IMG/VR virus record: IMGVR_UViG_3300046660_000488 | Coordinates: 496,001-560,000 of that record | Strand: one strand, 5' to 3' | DNA length: 64,000 nt | Shown here: one piece after another, positions 9,601 to 17,976 of the stretch | Position numbering within the stretch: the first letter of the stretch is position 1 | How the letters are laid out: every line of letters starts with the position of its first letter | Program-made: the position numbers and the translations under genes | Notes under the pieces: generated by a model | Databases searched by the model: none | The model's input: the letters and a program-made list of their open reading frames with translations, nothing else | What the model was told of the DNA's origin: nothing

Positions 9601-9908
9601 CCCTGATCACTCCGATTGACCCAGCGGTCTCGGATGAAGGCCGACGCGGTCGAGGTCACCATGGGCTGGCTATCGCTCTTCCAAACGGAGCCCCGCCGGA
9701 CGATGTGCGTGTTGGGATCGCTCCCCCAGCGCTCACCGGTGACCCGGCCGTCCTTGATTTGCCGGAAGTGCAGGTGACCACAGTGCGGGCATTCAACCTG
9801 ATGGTTGCCGCTCATGCTGTAGTCTAACTCGGCGACGAAATTCTTGCTGCACGCATGGCAGTACATGTCCGTGCGGTGTGGTCCGGTATGCTTTAGGAGA
9901 TCGCCCAT
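9597..9908 (-). CDS. small Zn-ribbon protein
   Basis: CHAC ... CPHC. Confidence 0.65.
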   Translation of the reverse strand: MGDLLKHTGPHRTDMYCHACSKNFVAELDYSMSGNHQVECPHCGHLHFRQIKDGRVTGERWGSDPNTHIVRRGSVWKSDSQPMVTSTASAFIRDRWVNRSDQG

Positions 9909-9917
9909 TGGGTACGC

Positions 9918-10493
9918 TTACTGTCCGAGGCCTTCGAGTTTTTCACCGATACGGCGGATGATGCCGCCTGCTGCTTTCACGACGCGGTCGCTGAGGTGCG
10001 AGGTGTCGCGGAGCTTCTGAGCCTTCAGGTCGAGGCTTTCGGCGACCTTGCTGGCGGCGGTCTTCGGCTCGACCGGAGCGTGGGGAGCCTTGGCCATGCT
10101 GTCGCGCACGCGGTCGGCTGCGGCCAGTTGGTCGGAGGCGGTGGCGTAGCGCATGCCGCTACGGGCGCCGAATTTGATGGCCCGGCTCCACGGGAACGGG
10201 GTCTTGTCGTGCCACGTCCACTTGATGTCGGACGGGACCTTGGCCAGCTTACTGTCCTTGAGGCCCGAGCGGTCAACGCCGAACGAGAACGCGGTCTTGA
10301 ATTCGACCTCCGGAGTGGCGTCGCGAAACTCCACGACCGGGTCCTGACCGACGTCGAACATCGTGAAGATGACCGTGCCGTTCTCCAAGCCTTCGACAAG
10401 GAGAAGGGAGCCGTCTGCGGCCTCCGCCCAGCACCCCATGGCGAGGGTGTCTTTGTTCGCCGGGTTGGCGCCCGGAACGTCTTTGGTGGACAT
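9918..10493 (-). CDS. hypothetical protein
   Basis: Clean ORF, codon bias. Confidence 0.65.
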   Translation of the reverse strand: MSTKDVPGANPANKDTLAMGCWAEAADGSLLLVEGLENGTVIFTMFDVGQDPVVEFRDATPEVEFKTAFSFGVDRSGLKDSKLAKVPSDIKWTWHDKTPFPWSRAIKFGARSGMRYATASDQLAAADRVRDSMAKAPHAPVEPKTAASKVAESLDLKAQKLRDTSHLSDRVVKAAGGIIRRIGEKLEGLGQ

Positions 10494-10574
10494 GCTCGGA
10501 TGAACTCTTTTGAGGCTGAAGTGCAACCCGTAGCATGGGTTCAACCTGATGCAAAGCGGTTTACGAGATTCCCG

Positions 10575-11132
10575 CTACGGTGCGAAAGCGACGGTCAAAT
10601 TGACGACATCGGAACGCATCGCGTCGAGGTCGGAGTCGGGGTCGTAGGCGATCCAGTGCATGCGCGCATACATGGTCTGCCAGAAGAGCTTGCGAAACTG
10701 CCAGCTACAAAGTTGGGTCATGTTCTCGTGCAGGCGATCCGTCGCTCTCCGATAGCCCGGCAGGCCGGGAGCCTTGTTGTAGGACGGGGAGGCGAAATTC
10801 TTCTGCCCGAAGATGTCCTTGATCTGGACAGGCGACATCGTCGTCCAATCGTACTCAAACTCGACCTTCCAGCGGATTTTCTCATCGTGGCGGACGACAA
10901 GCTGCGTCTTGGCGCTCTGTAGATGGTCATTATCCGTGTGGTTCGTTCGCATCCACACGTAGAGGCCAAGCGCCGACCCAACGAGGTCCATGCCGGGGAT
11001 TTGGACATTGTCTTGAGCACCATCCAAATTCTGCACGCCGTAGATCAGGAAACGAGACAGCATGATGCGGAACATCCGCACGTCCTCGCTGGCCGGATCG
11101 TCGAAGTGCTTGAAATCTTGGGGCGGGTTCAT
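10575..11132 (-). CDS. hypothetical protein
   Basis: GAAAGG SD before ATG 11132. Confidence 0.6.
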   Translation of the reverse strand: MNPPQDFKHFDDPASEDVRMFRIMLSRFLIYGVQNLDGAQDNVQIPGMDLVGSALGLYVWMRTNHTDNDHLQSAKTQLVVRHDEKIRWKVEFEYDWTTMSPVQIKDIFGQKNFASPSYNKAPGLPGYRRATDRLHENMTQLCSWQFRKLFWQTMYARMHWIAYDPDSDLDAMRSDVVNLTVAFAP

Positions 11133-11519
11133 GCGTGACCTTTCGGCCACGCTTATACGCTCGTTTACGAAAAACGCACAAGAGGGCGGGGGCAAGCGCC
11201 CGAGTTGTCCACCATAGAATGTGAGGGCCGTGTCACGAACGCGCACGGCCGTCTCCTACAAAGTAGGTGCAACCTTCTGCACCCCTGACGCACCCGAATA
11301 GGTGAAGGAGCACATCATGATCATCTGGGAAGTGGATTACGGCGCGGAGGGCGATTTCTTCGCGACCAAGGCCGACGCCAAGGCATTCATGCGCTGGGAC
11401 CACGATTGCGCGGGGTCGCTACGACGCCACGTCATTGCCTCCGGCCGTGAAGGGCTGGTGAAATTCCTCAATCACGAATTTGGCGCGGGGTGCGGGAAGA
11501 GACCCGGCGGATCGTCCGA

Positions 11520-11864
11520 TCAGTGCTCGTAGCCGTCTAGGGCGTACAGCGCCCACTTGGACTGGATCGTGTCGGCGTTCTTCAGGACGAACTCGCGGGC
11601 TTCCGGTTCCGTCTGGAATTTCTTGGACAGGAAAATCCACGACCACTCCATGGAGTTGCCGGGAGGGGCGACCGTGGCGAACGCGATCATCCAGTGGTCG
11701 CGGGTCGTCGCGTGCGGAGCGCCGATATAGCCGACGAACTTGCCGCCGATCTTGATGTTGGTGTCTGGGTTCGGGCTTCCGACAGCGGCGAGGCCTGTAG
11801 CGCGTTGGCCTTTCTTGAAGGTGAACTTGCCCTTCAGGCCTTCAGGCGTCGCGACATCAGTCAT
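11520..11864 (-). CDS. hypothetical protein
   Basis: GGGAG SD before ATG 11864. Confidence 0.6.
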   Translation of the reverse strand: MTDVATPEGLKGKFTFKKGQRATGLAAVGSPNPDTNIKIGGKFVGYIGAPHATTRDHWMIAFATVAPPGNSMEWSWIFLSKKFQTEPEAREFVLKNADTIQSKWALYALDGYEH

Positions 11865-11962
11865 CGTCCGTCTCCCTCTATCGTGCAGAGGAATTGTTGT
11901 CGCACAGTTTAGCGACGAAGTCAAGCACAGTGCGAAGTAGTGATTCGCACTGTGCTTGGAAT

Positions 11963-12038
11963 TGGCAGGGGTGACAGGACTCGAACCTGCAACATCTGGT
12001 TTTGGAGACCAGCACTCTACCAGTTGAGCTACACCCCT
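11963..12038 (-). tRNA. tRNA-Trp(CCA)
   Basis: Cloverleaf; loop CT CCA AA; CCA end encoded. Confidence 0.95.
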
Positions 12039-12264
12039 ATAGGCTGATGCCCGCCTTGGTCAGGAACCAAAGGATCGCAGCAGCAAAGAAAAAGCCTCGG
12101 GCGATGCGCTCGGCGTACGTAACGGGCCAAGTCGCCATCCACCAGAAGCCGAAACCGGCAAGTACGAGGATCGCAAAGATGAGAGCCATGATAAGTCTCC
12201 ACGTGACAGAATGTCACATAGATACTTAGTCACGGCGATCTATACGCCATTTTATTGCCAGAAT

Positions 12265-12339
12265 TGGCGGGAGAGGACGGGATCGAACCGCCGACGCGCT
12301 GCTTTGGAGACAGCCGCTCTACCACTGAGCTACACTCCC
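12265..12339 (-). tRNA. tRNA-Trp(CCA)
   Basis: Cloverleaf; loop CT CCA AA; CCA end. Confidence 0.93.
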
Positions 12340-12348
12340 ATGCTGGCC

Positions 12349-12630
12349 TCACCGCTGAGCGGCGAAGCTGGCGATATGCTTGCAGTTGGACATGACGTAA
12401 CCGACGTACTTCGGGTCGAAGTGACGGTCCGGATCGCTGAGCAGCGACACGTCTTCACGATCCAGTTGATAGACGCCATATTCGGCGCCGATGGCGTAGC
12501 GCTCGACCGGCCGGAAATTCCGACCGCTGATGCTGCGAATGGTGTCCGCCTTGGTGGCGGCGGTGAACGGCGATGAGGTGTTCTCAATCGCGACGATCTG
12601 GTTTTCAGATAGAACGACCGCAAGGGCCAT
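12349..12630 (-). CDS. hypothetical protein inside tRNA operon
   Basis: AGGAGG SD. Confidence 0.65.
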   Translation of the reverse strand: MALAVVLSENQIVAIENTSSPFTAATKADTIRSISGRNFRPVERYAIGAEYGVYQLDREDVSLLSDPDRHFDPKYVGYVMSNCKHIASFAAQR

Positions 12631-12663
12631 GATGCAACCCTCCTAAAATATTGCGTTGATGAA

Positions 12664-12748
12664 TGGTGAACTGGGTGGGACTCGAACCCACGACGGCTTT
12701 CGCGTCGGCTTAAAAGGCCGCTTCCTTCGCCACTCGGAACACCAGTCC
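12664..12748 (-). tRNA. tRNA-Lys(TTT), atypical long variable arm
   Basis: 85 nt; loop CT TTT AA; 13-nt variable region; class-II-like D arm. Confidence 0.85.
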
Positions 12749-12757
12749 ATTGGCTGT

Positions 12758-12995
12758 TTCAACCAGAGTGCTTGGCCGGGCTTCCCCCATTCGGTCAGCA
12801 TCGTCTTGTGACGATCTCTACATGAAGAAACGCGCTTCCTCGAAGGGTAAGCTCCGCCCAACATGCACCCAAGCGCTCAGAGGCGTCGGGGTCGAAATAA
12901 CCAGCAGAGGCTGGCTGCACTTCCACCCTAATCAAGTTAAGGCTCAGGTGCGGGATAGGCGCCTCTTTGGAATTTTTCCAAGCGCTCTGGTTGAA
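12758..12995. ncRNA. candidate structured ncRNA between tRNA-Lys genes
   Basis: 18-bp terminal helix 12758-12775/12978-12995 enclosing several hairpins. Confidence 0.5.
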
Positions 12996-12997
12996 GA

Positions 12998-13082
12998 TGG
13001 AGGATCAGGTGGGACTCGAACCCACGGTGGCATACGCAGTTGATTAAGAGTCAACCCCCTTCGCCGCTCGGGACACTGATCC
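12998..13082 (-). tRNA. tRNA-Lys(CTT), atypical long variable arm
   Basis: 85 nt; GTTGA CT CTT AA TCAAC; variable TGCGTATGCCACC; U73. Confidence 0.85.
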
Positions 13083-13098
13083 AAACTCGTTTGTGCAT

Positions 13099-13175
13099 TG
13101 GTGAGCCGGGTGGGACTCGAACCCACGACCACCTGATTAAAAGTCAGGTGCTCTAACCATCTGAGCTACCGGCCC
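13099..13175 (-). tRNA. tRNA-Lys(TTT)
   Basis: Canonical cloverleaf, CCA. Confidence 0.95.
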
Positions 13176-13251
13176 TAAGACTGCCCGACAAGGTGCACTA
13201 CGGACAGTCCCACCTACCAGCCGTCGCAACGTCTGGGGTGTTGTAAAGTGT

Positions 13252-13327
13252 TGGTGAACCTCCTCGGACTTGAACCGAGAACCATTCGCTTAAGAGGCGA
13301 GCGCTCTAACCATTGAGCTAGAGGTCC
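13252..13327 (-). tRNA. tRNA-Lys(CTT)
   Basis: Cloverleaf, loop CT CTT AA, CCA. Confidence 0.93.
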
Positions 13328-13387
13328 ACATAATTCTCAAGTAGCATTGCTCTAAATAGAGCGCAACTTTTTCTTGAGGAAATCTTC

Positions 13388-13762
13388 ATGGGTACTTCGT
13401 TTACCGGCATCAAGACACTATCTGGCATCAAGGTCGCCGATCCGGCGCCCACCAATGTTTCTCCTGTCTTTACCGACCCGACCTACGACCCGGCTGGTGG
13501 TGGGGCCGCTGGTACGCTGGTCGCGGAATTCCTCGAAAACTCGTCGGTGAATTTCCAACTCCATGCGACGAACGCCCAGAGCTTCAGCATCATGGGCAAC
13601 GCCGGAGCGCTTCCCGGTGGCGTGTCGATGTCGTCGGCTGGCCTGTTCACCGGAACGGCTCCCAACGTGACCCAGACCACCAGCTACACCTTCATGGTGC
13701 GTGCGTCTAACGGCGGCCTGAACACCGACAAGCTGATCACCATCGACGTCATCAACGTCTAA
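13388..13762 (+). CDS. putative Ig-like domain virion protein, antisense inside tRNA operon
   Basis: GALPGGVSMSSAGLFTGT..YTFMVRASNG pattern; TAAATA 13353; GAGGA SD. Confidence 0.7.
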   Translation: MGTSFTGIKTLSGIKVADPAPTNVSPVFTDPTYDPAGGGAAGTLVAEFLENSSVNFQLHATNAQSFSIMGNAGALPGGVSMSSAGLFTGTAPNVTQTTSYTFMVRASNGGLNTDKLITIDVINV

Positions 13763-13764
13763 AC

Positions 13765-13840
13765 TGGTTGGCCCTCTCGGGATCGAACCGAGGACGAGTC
13801 TGTTATGAGCAGACGGCTACTACCACTGAGCTAAGGGCCA
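13765..13840 (-). tRNA. tRNA-Ile2(CAT, lysidine type) or Met
   Basis: TGGCCCTTAGCTCAGTGG start resembles ileX-type tRNA; loop CT CAT AA. Confidence 0.75.
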
Positions 13841-13848
13841 GAAGAATT

Positions 13849-13926
13849 TGGTGGGCACGGCGGGGATCGAACCCGCAGCGGTACGCTTTTTAAGAACGCT
13901 GTGTCTACCAATTTCACCACGTGCCC
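13849..13926 (-). tRNA. tRNA-Leu(TAA), short variable region
   Basis: Leu-type D arm; loop CT TAA AA; 78 nt. Confidence 0.85.
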
Positions 13927-13939
13927 GTGGATTTTTGTT

Positions 13940-14026
13940 TGGTGCCCCCGGCCGGACTCGAACCGGCACGTCCTCACGGACACTGGAATTTGAAGCCAGC
14001 GCGTCTACCAATTCCGCCACGAGGGC
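13940..14026 (-). tRNA. tRNA-Leu(CAA)
   Basis: Class II cloverleaf, CCA. Confidence 0.95.
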
Positions 14027-14056
14027 AAGCAAACCGATGAACGGTTGCTTGTAGTT

Positions 14057-14142
14057 TGGTGTGGATGACAGGACTCGAACCTGCACGCCTTGCGGCCACC
14101 GTTGCTGAGACGGCGATGTCTACCAATTTCAGTCACATCCAC
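14057..14142 (-). tRNA. tRNA-Leu(CAG), C37 variant
   Basis: GCCGT CT CAG CA ACGGT; long variable arm; CCA. Confidence 0.88.
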
Positions 14143-14150
14143 GTAGTGCG

Positions 14151-14352
14151 TTTTGAAGAGCGCGGGCATGTATTCCCGACACCGGACTCGAACCGGTACA
14201 AGTGATCTCACCTACATGCTGGGCGGATGGGGTGCTCCCCATCTATCCGGTTTGGCCCCCTCCCGTCAAAGTAGGAGGGGGTTTCACCAGAAGCGTCTAC
14301 CAGTTCCACCAGTCCGGCCGGGTCTTTCTCCCGGCAACTGCTCTCTTCAAAA
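14151..14352 (-). ncRNA. tRNA-Leu-derived expanded RNA without CCA
   Basis: Leu D arm TGGTGGAACTGGTAGACGC and T arm ACCGG TTCGAGT CCGGT retained; anticodon loop replaced by extra hairpins; 10-bp closing helix. Confidence 0.65.
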
Positions 14353-14354
14353 TT

Positions 14355-14432
14355 TGGTGCGCTTGCCCGGACTCGAACCGGGAACACTCTCCGACCTGAA
14401 CGGAGCGACTTTACCAATTTGCCCACAAGCGC
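14355..14432 (-). tRNA. tRNA-Leu(CAG), short variable region
   Basis: CTCCG TT CAG GT CGGAG; 78 nt; CCA. Confidence 0.88.
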
Positions 14433-14447
14433 GTAAACTGTATTTGA

Positions 14448-14534
14448 TGGTATGGATGACAGGAATCGAACCTGCACGTTTCAAGAACACCGGAACCTAA
14501 ATCCAGCGCGTCTACCTAGTTCCGCCACATCCAC
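14448..14534 (-). tRNA. tRNA-Leu(TAG)
   Basis: Class II cloverleaf; loop TT TAG GT. Confidence 0.95.
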
Positions 14535-14610
14535 ACAATAAAACACAGTCGTCTACTTTACAAAACTCGCAAAACGTGCATGATGCCCACAATCCAATTG
14601 GAGTGCGATC

Positions 14611-14904
14611 ATGCTTTCGACTTTTCTGGCTGGCCTCGCTGTCTATTTCAAGATCGGCGCGGTCATTGCCATCATCAGCTTCGTCTGGTTCAAGGCGGAG
14701 CCCTTCTTCAAGAAGCAAGCCTCCTTCAAGCACGGCTATTTCGATCTGCCGATCTCGATAGCCTTCCTTTTCGCATGGCCGATCATGCTGATCGCCTTGG
14801 CGTATCACTCCATTCTGGAAGTGATCGAGCGCGTGCGGCGCTACCGCCAGAAGCGTCGTAAATTGGTGGGGAAGGTGGGGCTCGAACCCACACGTCATTT
14901 CTGA
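14611..14904 (+). CDS. small membrane protein, antisense in tRNA operon
   Basis: GGAG SD; two hydrophobic segments; 3' end overlaps tRNA-Leu on the opposite strand. Confidence 0.6.
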   Translation: MLSTFLAGLAVYFKIGAVIAIISFVWFKAEPFFKKQASFKHGYFDLPISIAFLFAWPIMLIALAYHSILEVIERVRRYRQKRRKLVGKVGLEPTRHF

Positions 14905-14952
14905 CCACCGATACTCAGTCGGCGCTGTCTACCATATTCCAATCACATCCCC
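14864..14952 (-). tRNA. tRNA-Leu(GAG), U37 variant
   Basis: GCCGA CT GAG TA TCGGT; long variable arm; CCA. Confidence 0.85.
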
Positions 14953-14960
14953 ATTCAATC

Positions 14961-15047
14961 TGGTGCCCAGAACAGGACTCGAACCTGCACGACCTTTCGG
15001 CCACAGCGACCTCAACGCTGCGCGTCTACCAATTCCGCCATCTGGGC
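14961..15047 (-). tRNA. tRNA-Leu(GAG)
   Basis: Canonical class II; loop TT GAG GT. Confidence 0.95.
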
Positions 15048-15061
15048 AATCTCGTAATTCA

Positions 15062-15136
15062 TGGCGTTGATGGAGGGGTTCGAACCCACGGCCTCTTCCT
15101 TCGGAGGGAAGCGCTCTTCCACTGAGCTACATCAAC
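15062..15136 (-). tRNA. tRNA-Arg(CCG)
   Basis: CTTCC CT CCG AA GGAAG; CCA. Confidence 0.93.
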
Positions 15137-15151
15137 ATTCCATGTGTTTAG

Positions 15152-15223
15152 CAGGGACGGAGGGATTCGAACCCCCGACCCCTTGATTCGTAGTCAAGTG
15201 CTCTTCCGCTGAGCTACGCCCCT
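15152..15223 (-). tRNA. tRNA-Arg(ACG), CCA not encoded
   Basis: CTTGA CT ACG AA TCAAG; followed by CTA; flanks complementary. Confidence 0.92.
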
Positions 15224-15253
15224 GCAAAACACATGTTTGGAACCGGGTGTGCT

Positions 15254-15330
15254 TGGCATGGATAACAGGACTCGAACCTGTAACCTTCAGCTTCGCAAGC
15301 TGGTGCTCTCTCCAATTGAGCTATACCCAT
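15254..15330 (-). tRNA. tRNA-Arg(GCG)
   Basis: CCAGC TT GCG AA GCTGA; CCA; flanks complementary. Confidence 0.88.
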
Positions 15331-15443
15331 GCAAAGCACACCCGTTTCCTACTGCCCGGCGGTGGCGCCGCCGGGCAAGGATAAATCTCCCCTCGACGGG
15401 GAGACGGACGATAACGATGTCAAAGACCAAAAGAGTTAGAGTT

Positions 15444-15486
15444 GAAAAAGAAAAACCCCGGAAGGCGTGAGCCTGTCCGGGGTTTT
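15444..15486 (-). terminator. attenuator terminator of the Arg/Leu/Lys/Trp tRNA operon
   Basis: Minus AAAACCCCGGA-CAGGCTCACGCCT-TCCGGGGTTTTT-CTTTTTC. Confidence 0.85.
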
Positions 15487-15524
15487 GCGAGATCGCTACC
15501 AATGAGCGGGTCTGGTTGTGGAGT

Positions 15525-15629
15525 TTATCCCCCAACCAAACCGTCACGGCGAGCGCGCAGCCCCGAAACGTCCGACCACTTAAGCAGTCGGAGCGTTTTC
15601 AATCGGAGGGTGGCGAGGCGCCGGGTCAT
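15525..15629 (-). CDS. leader peptide, 34 aa, MTRRLATLRLKTLRLLKWSDVSGLRARRDGLVGG
   Basis: AAGGA SD; between promoter and terminator; 13 of codons 2-18 are R/L/K/W; distal codons form the antiterminator. Confidence 0.8.
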   Translation of the reverse strand: MTRRLATLRLKTLRLLKWSDVSGLRARRDGLVGG

Positions 15630-15687
15630 TGGAATTCTCTAATCCTTGGATGGGGCACGCCACAGCGGCGCGCTCCGTTCTTAAACC

Positions 15688-15718
15688 TATTTATGCAGGA
15701 ACCCGTTCCCAGCGTCAA
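15688..15718 (-). promoter_or_regulatory. promoter of minus tRNA operon
   Basis: TTGACG-N17-CATAAATA. Confidence 0.75.
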
Positions 15719-15805
15719 CAATAAAAGTCGGTGACCAAAATCATTCTTATTTCGTCAATGATTTCAGACACTTGTTGTGGTTGTGGCGCCAGAATGTCGC
15801 GGAGT

Positions 15806-16081
15806 TTATTGAACGTCGTCGATTTCTTTGGTGACCAACCAGCCCTCGTGGGTCGGCTCGCACAGTTGCCACTCAGCTTTGAAGAGGCCAACCGCCCCGG
15901 CGCCACCCAAGGGCCGCACTTCGACCCAGTGTCGCAGCAGGCCTTTTTCCTTCAGCGCTTTCTCAGTCCGCGTGCCGCCCCACCCGGCCGCCGGGAACCC
16001 ATGGCGCTTGGCCGGGTCCAAGCAGATGTCGGCGATCTCGATCAGGCGTCGGGCTTGGGCTGCGGTGAGCTTGGTGGTCAC
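15806..16081 (-). CDS. hypothetical protein
   Basis: Coupled to upstream ORF; GGAAG SD. Confidence 0.55.
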   Translation of the reverse strand: MTTKLTAAQARRLIEIADICLDPAKRHGFPAAGWGGTRTEKALKEKGLLRHWVEVRPLGGAGAVGLFKAEWQLCEPTHEGWLVTKEIDDVQ

Positions 16082-16923
16082 GATGCGAAATCTTCCTTGG
16101 TGTAGGGTTGGATCAGCGGTTCGAGTTCAGCACGGGCCGCCGCGAGCTTGACCTGCCCTTCCTCGCTCTTCACCCAGCTTTCAGTGTCGAAGAACGTGGT
16201 CATCGCATAGAGGTGCGGCGGCGTCGGGGCTTCATCCGTGCCAGCGACCTTGGCTTCGGCCGCTTCGCGTTTCTCGGCCATGCGCGCGGCGAAGTACTCG
16301 TCGGCGACTTTCTTCCATGCCGCTTTCTTCAGCCGTTCCTCGACGCTGGGCATGACGGCCAAAAGCTCTTCCGCGCCCGGCCAGAACGTGGCGGTGAAAT
16401 TGAACTCAGCCGTGAAACCAAGGTGGACCGGCGCGATATAGCGCCTTTCCAAGATGGCGGACCAGACGCGCTGGCGTTCTTCCCACTCTTCGCGTGGGAC
16501 ATTTTCATCCGGGTCGGTGCTGTCCCAGAAACCGTACGCCTCGATCCACGGTTGCTCGGCGACCATTTCCCGCAGGAAAGGCTGCTCGGCGAACACGAGA
16601 CCGTAGACCTTGCCCTCGAACGGCAGGATGCTGATCGACAGGTCGAAATCGTACTGCGACCGCATGCCGTCCTCGGAACGCTTCTTCCCCTTCTGGAAGC
16701 GGTCGAACGCCGTCCAGTATAGAGAGTCGATCTTGTCGCCCTCTTTCGGTGGGTTGATATAGCGCCGGTTGTCGTGATCGGCAGACATTTCGTCAGCCAT
16801 CTTCTTGGTCATCGCGGCCTTGACCGCAGCCTCGACCTCTTCCCGAAACTCCATGATCAGGTTGTGGATGTCGATCAGGTGCGACGTCGTGAAACGAATG
16901 CCGTGGCCGAGATTCATTGACAT
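16078..16923 (-). CDS. hypothetical protein
   Basis: AAGGA SD before ATG 16923; codon bias. Confidence 0.7.
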   Translation of the reverse strand: MSMNLGHGIRFTTSHLIDIHNLIMEFREEVEAAVKAAMTKKMADEMSADHDNRRYINPPKEGDKIDSLYWTAFDRFQKGKKRSEDGMRSQYDFDLSISILPFEGKVYGLVFAEQPFLREMVAEQPWIEAYGFWDSTDPDENVPREEWEERQRVWSAILERRYIAPVHLGFTAEFNFTATFWPGAEELLAVMPSVEERLKKAAWKKVADEYFAARMAEKREAAEAKVAGTDEAPTPPHLYAMTTFFDTESWVKSEEGQVKLAAARAELEPLIQPYTKEDFAS

Positions 16924-17036
16924 GGAGAGGGCGATCCTTGGAGAGCAAATAGGATACTGAGGCCGCCCCAATCTGGTCAACCAATTTCGGTCGGACCCCC
17001 GAATAAATACTGGGACAATCCCAGTTCGGTGGTTCC

Positions 17037-17975
17037 ATGCCTGATATTATCAAAGCCCGTCTAACGGACGGCCAGTCCCCGGTTTATTTCGTCAACGGCA
17101 CGGTCGTGGCGAACACGCCTGCCAAGGTGGACAATATCCCGACCGTCGTGGGTCCGCCCGGCCCGCAGGGCGTCAGCGTGCGATCCGCAGCCCTCGACGG
17201 CAACACGCTGTCGTTCACGCTGACCGACAACTCCATCATCACGGCCGGGACGGTCCCGAGCGGCCCGCAGGGTCCGCAAGGTGACACGGGTCCGGTTGGC
17301 CCGCAAGGCGCTCAGGGCGCGCAGGGCATCCAAGGCCTGAAGGGCGACCGTGGCGACATCGGTCCGACTGGTCCGACCGGCGCTCAAGGTCCGCAGGGTC
17401 CGCAGGGTCCGCAAGGCGCTCAAGGTCCGGCTGGTCCCACGGGCGCGAAGGGTGACACTGGAAACACCGGCCCGGCTGGTCCGACCGGCGCGCAAGGCGT
17501 CCAAGGTCCGTCTGGTGCTCAAGGCCTCCCCGGAAACGTCGGAGCCCAAGGCCCGGCTGGTCCTACCGGTGCGTCTGGTCCGAAGGGCGACACCGGCCTG
17601 ACTGGTCCACAGGGTTCGACTGGTCCTGCCGGACCTCCGGGGCCGACCTATGAGAACGTTGTGGCCCAAGTTGTGTCGGGATCGGTCAACTGCGACATCA
17701 GCGGCAACAATCTCTACAACTATCTGTTGGCTGGAAACGTCGTCCTGAATTTCACCGGCGTCGCTAACAACACCCGCACGTACAACACTGTTCTCGCGAT
17801 CAAGCAGGGCACGGCGGGTAACTATACCGTCACGTGGCCCGCCAACTGCCTGACCCCGAACAACCAGAACATCACCATGACCCCGACCGCGAACGCCGTC
17901 GATGTCTACACCATCTTCACCTACGACGGCGGCATTAACTTCCTGCTGACGCCGGTGGCCACGGACTACCGTTAA
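17037..17975 (+). CDS. collagen-like (Gly-X-Y) fibre protein
   Basis: Long uninterrupted GXY run; tail-fibre-like C-terminal domain; TAAATA 17004. Confidence 0.85.
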   Translation: MPDIIKARLTDGQSPVYFVNGTVVANTPAKVDNIPTVVGPPGPQGVSVRSAALDGNTLSFTLTDNSIITAGTVPSGPQGPQGDTGPVGPQGAQGAQGIQGLKGDRGDIGPTGPTGAQGPQGPQGPQGAQGPAGPTGAKGDTGNTGPAGPTGAQGVQGPSGAQGLPGNVGAQGPAGPTGASGPKGDTGLTGPQGSTGPAGPPGPTYENVVAQVVSGSVNCDISGNNLYNYLLAGNVVLNFTGVANNTRTYNTVLAIKQGTAGNYTVTWPANCLTPNNQNITMTPTANAVDVYTIFTYDGGINFLLTPVATDYR

Positions 17976-17976
17976 T

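Noticed and set aside
12758-12995. RNase P RNA
   Set aside because: GAAGCCCGGC resembles the 3' P4 strand, but the GAGGAAAGUCC 5' partner is absent.
9428-17645. Tandem repeats (12-nt x3 at 9428-9463; collagen GXY repeats) as CRISPR or VNTR elements
   Set aside because: They are coding repeats without spacers; no CRISPR array or cas gene was seen in the window.
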